This document shows positions 61,084-64,000 of a stretch of DNA of 64,000 nucleotides, one piece after another. The notes under the pieces are model-generated. The model was not told the DNA's origin and did no database searches. It worked only from the letters and a program-made list of their open reading frames with translations. The position numbers and the translations under genes are program-made. Every line of letters starts with the position of its first letter. Within the stretch, counting starts at the first letter, position 1. The stretch spans positions 364,002,001-364,066,000 of the forward strand of contig OZ024742.1 in NCBI GenBank assembly GCA_964016885.1, in the 5' to 3' direction. This DNA is from Eledone cirrhosa (lineage: Eukaryota).

Positions 61084-64000
61084 CAAAGCTAACGACTGGT
61101 ATTATAGCTGAAAAACTACGAGAACTATGGATCGGAGATATCTCAAAAGAAGAAAACAAATCAAGAAAGGTATGGCAGCAAAAACAATTATTTCTCGATG
61201 AATATGCTGCAAATTACGGTAATGACTCTGGAACCCTGAGAAAAAGCATTAAAAGTGGACAATCTCATCAACACAACATACGCCAGAACACGTGCCAACA
61301 CAAACACTCACCTTACCTTGAATCAAAGAAGAAGTATGGTAATAACTCTTCGCTTTTTCTACAAAAACACCCTATCGCACACAACATGAACAAAAAGCAC
61401 AAACACGATAGGTATTCCTTTGACCAGACTATGAGAAGTAGTAAAACCAGGAGATCATTCTCAAGATCTCAACAGAGACTACCAACAAGGAATGTGGAAA
61501 CAAAACGTAGAATAACCAGATCACTCTCAAGATATCAACAGAGATTGCCCACAAGAAACTGGACGAAAAAACGATCTAAAACTGAAAGCAAACCTAGGCC
61601 ATTTTCCCAGATTGTTAAAAATAATGCTAACAGGAAGAAAAATAATATACAGAATACCAAAAATAGGACAAAATACATAACGAAACCAAATATAATATCA
61701 CGACCAAAAGTTCATCAAGCGAACACCAACAGGAATATAAATCCTGAACAGAGAAAAATTCATTTTTTAACGTCAGGACAACAAAAACCGGAAAAAGAAA
61801 AACTCCAGGAGGAAACATACCCAAAACAGCTGTACACGTAGATCCTAAAATAATTAATTTATCTAAAAGAGATCTTGACAATGATGAAATGCAAATTCTG
61901 TCAAAATGACTGAAATTCACACCGACTCCAACAGTCAACCACCAAGAACTGAAGGAGGATACCCAAGAATTCTGTCGAAAATAACAACTTGTAGAATTCT
62001 TCGCTGATAAAAGTAATGAGTGATGAATCACTAGTAAAGAATAAATCAAATTTCACTCCGCCAAAAGGAAGAAATATCTATCTCGACCAATATATTGACA
62101 TCCTGTCTAAATTTCCTCTTAGACGTAATACTAATGTTAAGCGAAACATTAACAAATCAGAAATGTCTGCACTTAAACGTATACAAAATGATAAAACAAT
62201 AATAATTCAACAAGCAGATAAAGGGGGTGCAGTTGTTATAATGGATACTGAATACTACAAGGATTTGGTTGAGGAACAACTGAAAGACACAACATTCTAT
62301 CATGAAATACCGTCAAATATAGACCACATCATCATGAAGAAGATCAGCAACCTGGCTTCAAAATACCACAACTCATTTACTGATAAGGAAAGAGACTACA
62401 TCACCAATTTTGAGCCGAAACCCAGCAACCTGTATGGCCTACCGAAAGTTCACAAATCAAAAGAAATACAACTGGCAGTAAGAGAACAAAACAGTGAGTA
62501 CATTAAATTATTACACCCAAAAGACTTAAAACTTAGACCTATTATAGCTGGTCCAACATGCCCCACTCACCGTCTAAGCAATTTTGTTGACATTATTTTG
62601 AAACCACTATGTATTCACATACCCAGTTTCATCCGGGATGATATCGACTTCCTGTCCCATCTTCCCAAAACCACGGAAACGAATTCACTTCTACTCAGTT
62701 TTGATGTGGTAAGCCTTTACACCAACATTACACATGATTTAGGAATAAAGGCGGTTAAATACTGGGTGGAAAAACATAGAGAAGTGATTCCCATTAGATT
62801 CACAGCGCCATTTATATTAGACGCAGTTAAACTTATTCTGGAAAACAACACTTTCTTCTTCAATGGAAAGAATTACATCCAAATTAGAGGCACAGCGATG
62901 GGAACGAAGTTTGCTCCCGTTTACGCGAACTCTGTAATGGGATACTTAGAACAACAACTCTACCAAGAAATAGAGGAAAAATATAGTACTGACTTTAGGA
63001 AGTACATTGAAAAATCTTGGAAGAGATACCTTGACGACTGTTTCATCATCTGGACAGAATCTCTAGATACTCTGGATGAGTTCAATATCCTCCTGAATAA
63101 CCTACACCCATCTCTCGAATTCACAAAAGAGATGAGTAGGACCAAATTACCATTCCTAGATATAATGATAATCAGAAACGACACCACCATTACCACGGAT
63201 ATATATTATAAACACACAGCCACCCAACAATATCTGAATTTTAAGTCGTGCCATCCACCTCATACAAAACGCAACATCCCATACTGCCTAGCCAGAAGAA
63301 TTTGTACCATTGTGGAAGATACGAATACCAGGTACAAACGCCTAACAGAACTAAGAGAATTTTTGCTCAAACAAAAATACCCATCTCTACTTATAGAAAA
63401 TGGCATACAGCGGGCTATAAAAATACCTATACAACAACTTAGAACAACCCAAGGAAGAAGAAACCAAGAACTGGTAATACCATTTATAATGACACACAAC
63501 CCATGTCACCAGAATATATTCAACACTGCCAAAGCAAACCTACCGATCATTGCTCAAAGTAATGAATTAAAAGGCTTAATCACAGATCGATCTTTGACTC
63601 TTATTAAAAGACAGCCAAAAAATTTGAAGCAATTGCTAACAAAAGCAAAGTTTGACCTTAACAACAAAGACCAATCATTCACTGTATCTAAATGCAATGA
63701 TAATCGATGCGGCACATGTCAATCCATACACGCCGGTCAATATATGAAAACAAAAACTGGAAAAATATTCCCAAATGCAAATATGAACTGCAAAAGCAGA
63801 AATCTAATTTACTGCATTAAATGCCCGAATTGTGAAGAACTATATGTCGGTCAAACTGGAAATGCACTATCGGAACGTGCACGGGTACACCGTCAACAAA
63901 TCAGAGACCCAAATGTCCGTCAGATACCCCTAAGCGGCCACCTGGCAATATGTGGTCAGGAAATATTTATAATATTCCCATTCTACAAATTACACAGCCC
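61084..64000 (+). mobile_element. Penelope-like retroelement (Neptune-type), runs off right edge
   Basis: Starts at (TA)n 61056-61083. The N-terminal part has stops and a frameshift (INLS..., LKFTPTP), then a long open RT-EN frame. Confidence 0.92.
62016..64000 (+). CDS. PLE reverse transcriptase + Zn-linker + GIY-YIG (open to window end; absent from ORF track)
   Basis: Manual translation shows no stop: ADKGGAVVI, YGLPKVHK, LRPII, FDVVSLYTNI, GTAMG..FAP..AN, RYLDD, LPFLD, SCHP, C-x4-C-x2-C, NLIYCIKC..C..LYVGQT, R..HR. Confidence 0.9.
   Translation, partial: MSDESLVKNKSNFTPPKGRNIYLDQYIDILSKFPLRRNTNVKRNINKSEMSALKRIQNDKTIIIQQADKGGAVVIMDTEYYKDLVEEQLKDTTFYHEIPSNIDHIIMKKISNLASKYHNSFTDKERDYITNFEPKPSNLYGLPKVHKSKEIQLAVREQNSEYIKLLHPKDLKLRPIIAGPTCPTHRLSNFVDIILKPLCIHIPSFIRDDIDFLSHLPKTTETNSLLLSFDVVSLYTNITHDLGIKAVKYWVEKHREVIPIRFTAPFILDAVKLILENNTFFFNGKNYIQIRGTAMGTKFAPVYANSVMGYLEQQLYQEIEEKYSTDFRKYIEKSWKRYLDDCFIIWTESLDTLDEFNILLNNLHPSLEFTKEMSRTKLPFLDIMIIRNDTTITTDIYYKHTATQQYLNFKSCHPPHTKRNIPYCLARRICTIVEDTNTRYKRLTELREFLLKQKYPSLLIENGIQRAIKIPIQQLRTTQGRRNQELVIPFIMTHNPCHQNIFNTAKANLPIIAQSNELKGLITDRSLTLIKRQPKNLKQLLTKAKFDLNNKDQSFTVSKCNDNRCGTCQSIHAGQYMKTKTGKIFPNANMNCKSRNLIYCIKCPNCEELYVGQTGNALSERARVHRQQIRDPNVRQIPLSGHLAICGQEIFIIFPFYKLHS

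Overview
This window is eukaryotic, repeat-saturated DNA with no host gene I can identify. It is probably a coleoid cephalopod (Octopus-like), inferred from recalled SINE consensus motifs and the microsatellite load. A 51-bp hairpin-forming satellite fills 1-4.3 kb. Most of the remainder is stacked non-LTR retroelements, each class lying in its own microsatellite. (i) Two head-to-tail Tx1-clade LINEs (APE-RT) sit on the minus strand in (AAT)n; one is intact, and the pair has near-identical ORF2 but very different ORF1 and 5' UTR. (ii) Three head-to-tail R4/Dong-clade elements (RT-CCHC-RLE) sit on the plus strand in (AAT)n; one has an intact 1215-aa ORF. (iii) Three copies of a sister Tx1 lineage end in (ATCT)n. 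(iv) Penelope-like elements and relics lie at (TA)n tracts, with eight type I hammerhead-ribozyme cores plus two half-motifs, and long inverted repeats. A structured 5'-UTR motif appears to be shared between the Dong elements and an RTE-like relic. All family assignments come from reading motifs by eye; no database search was possible.
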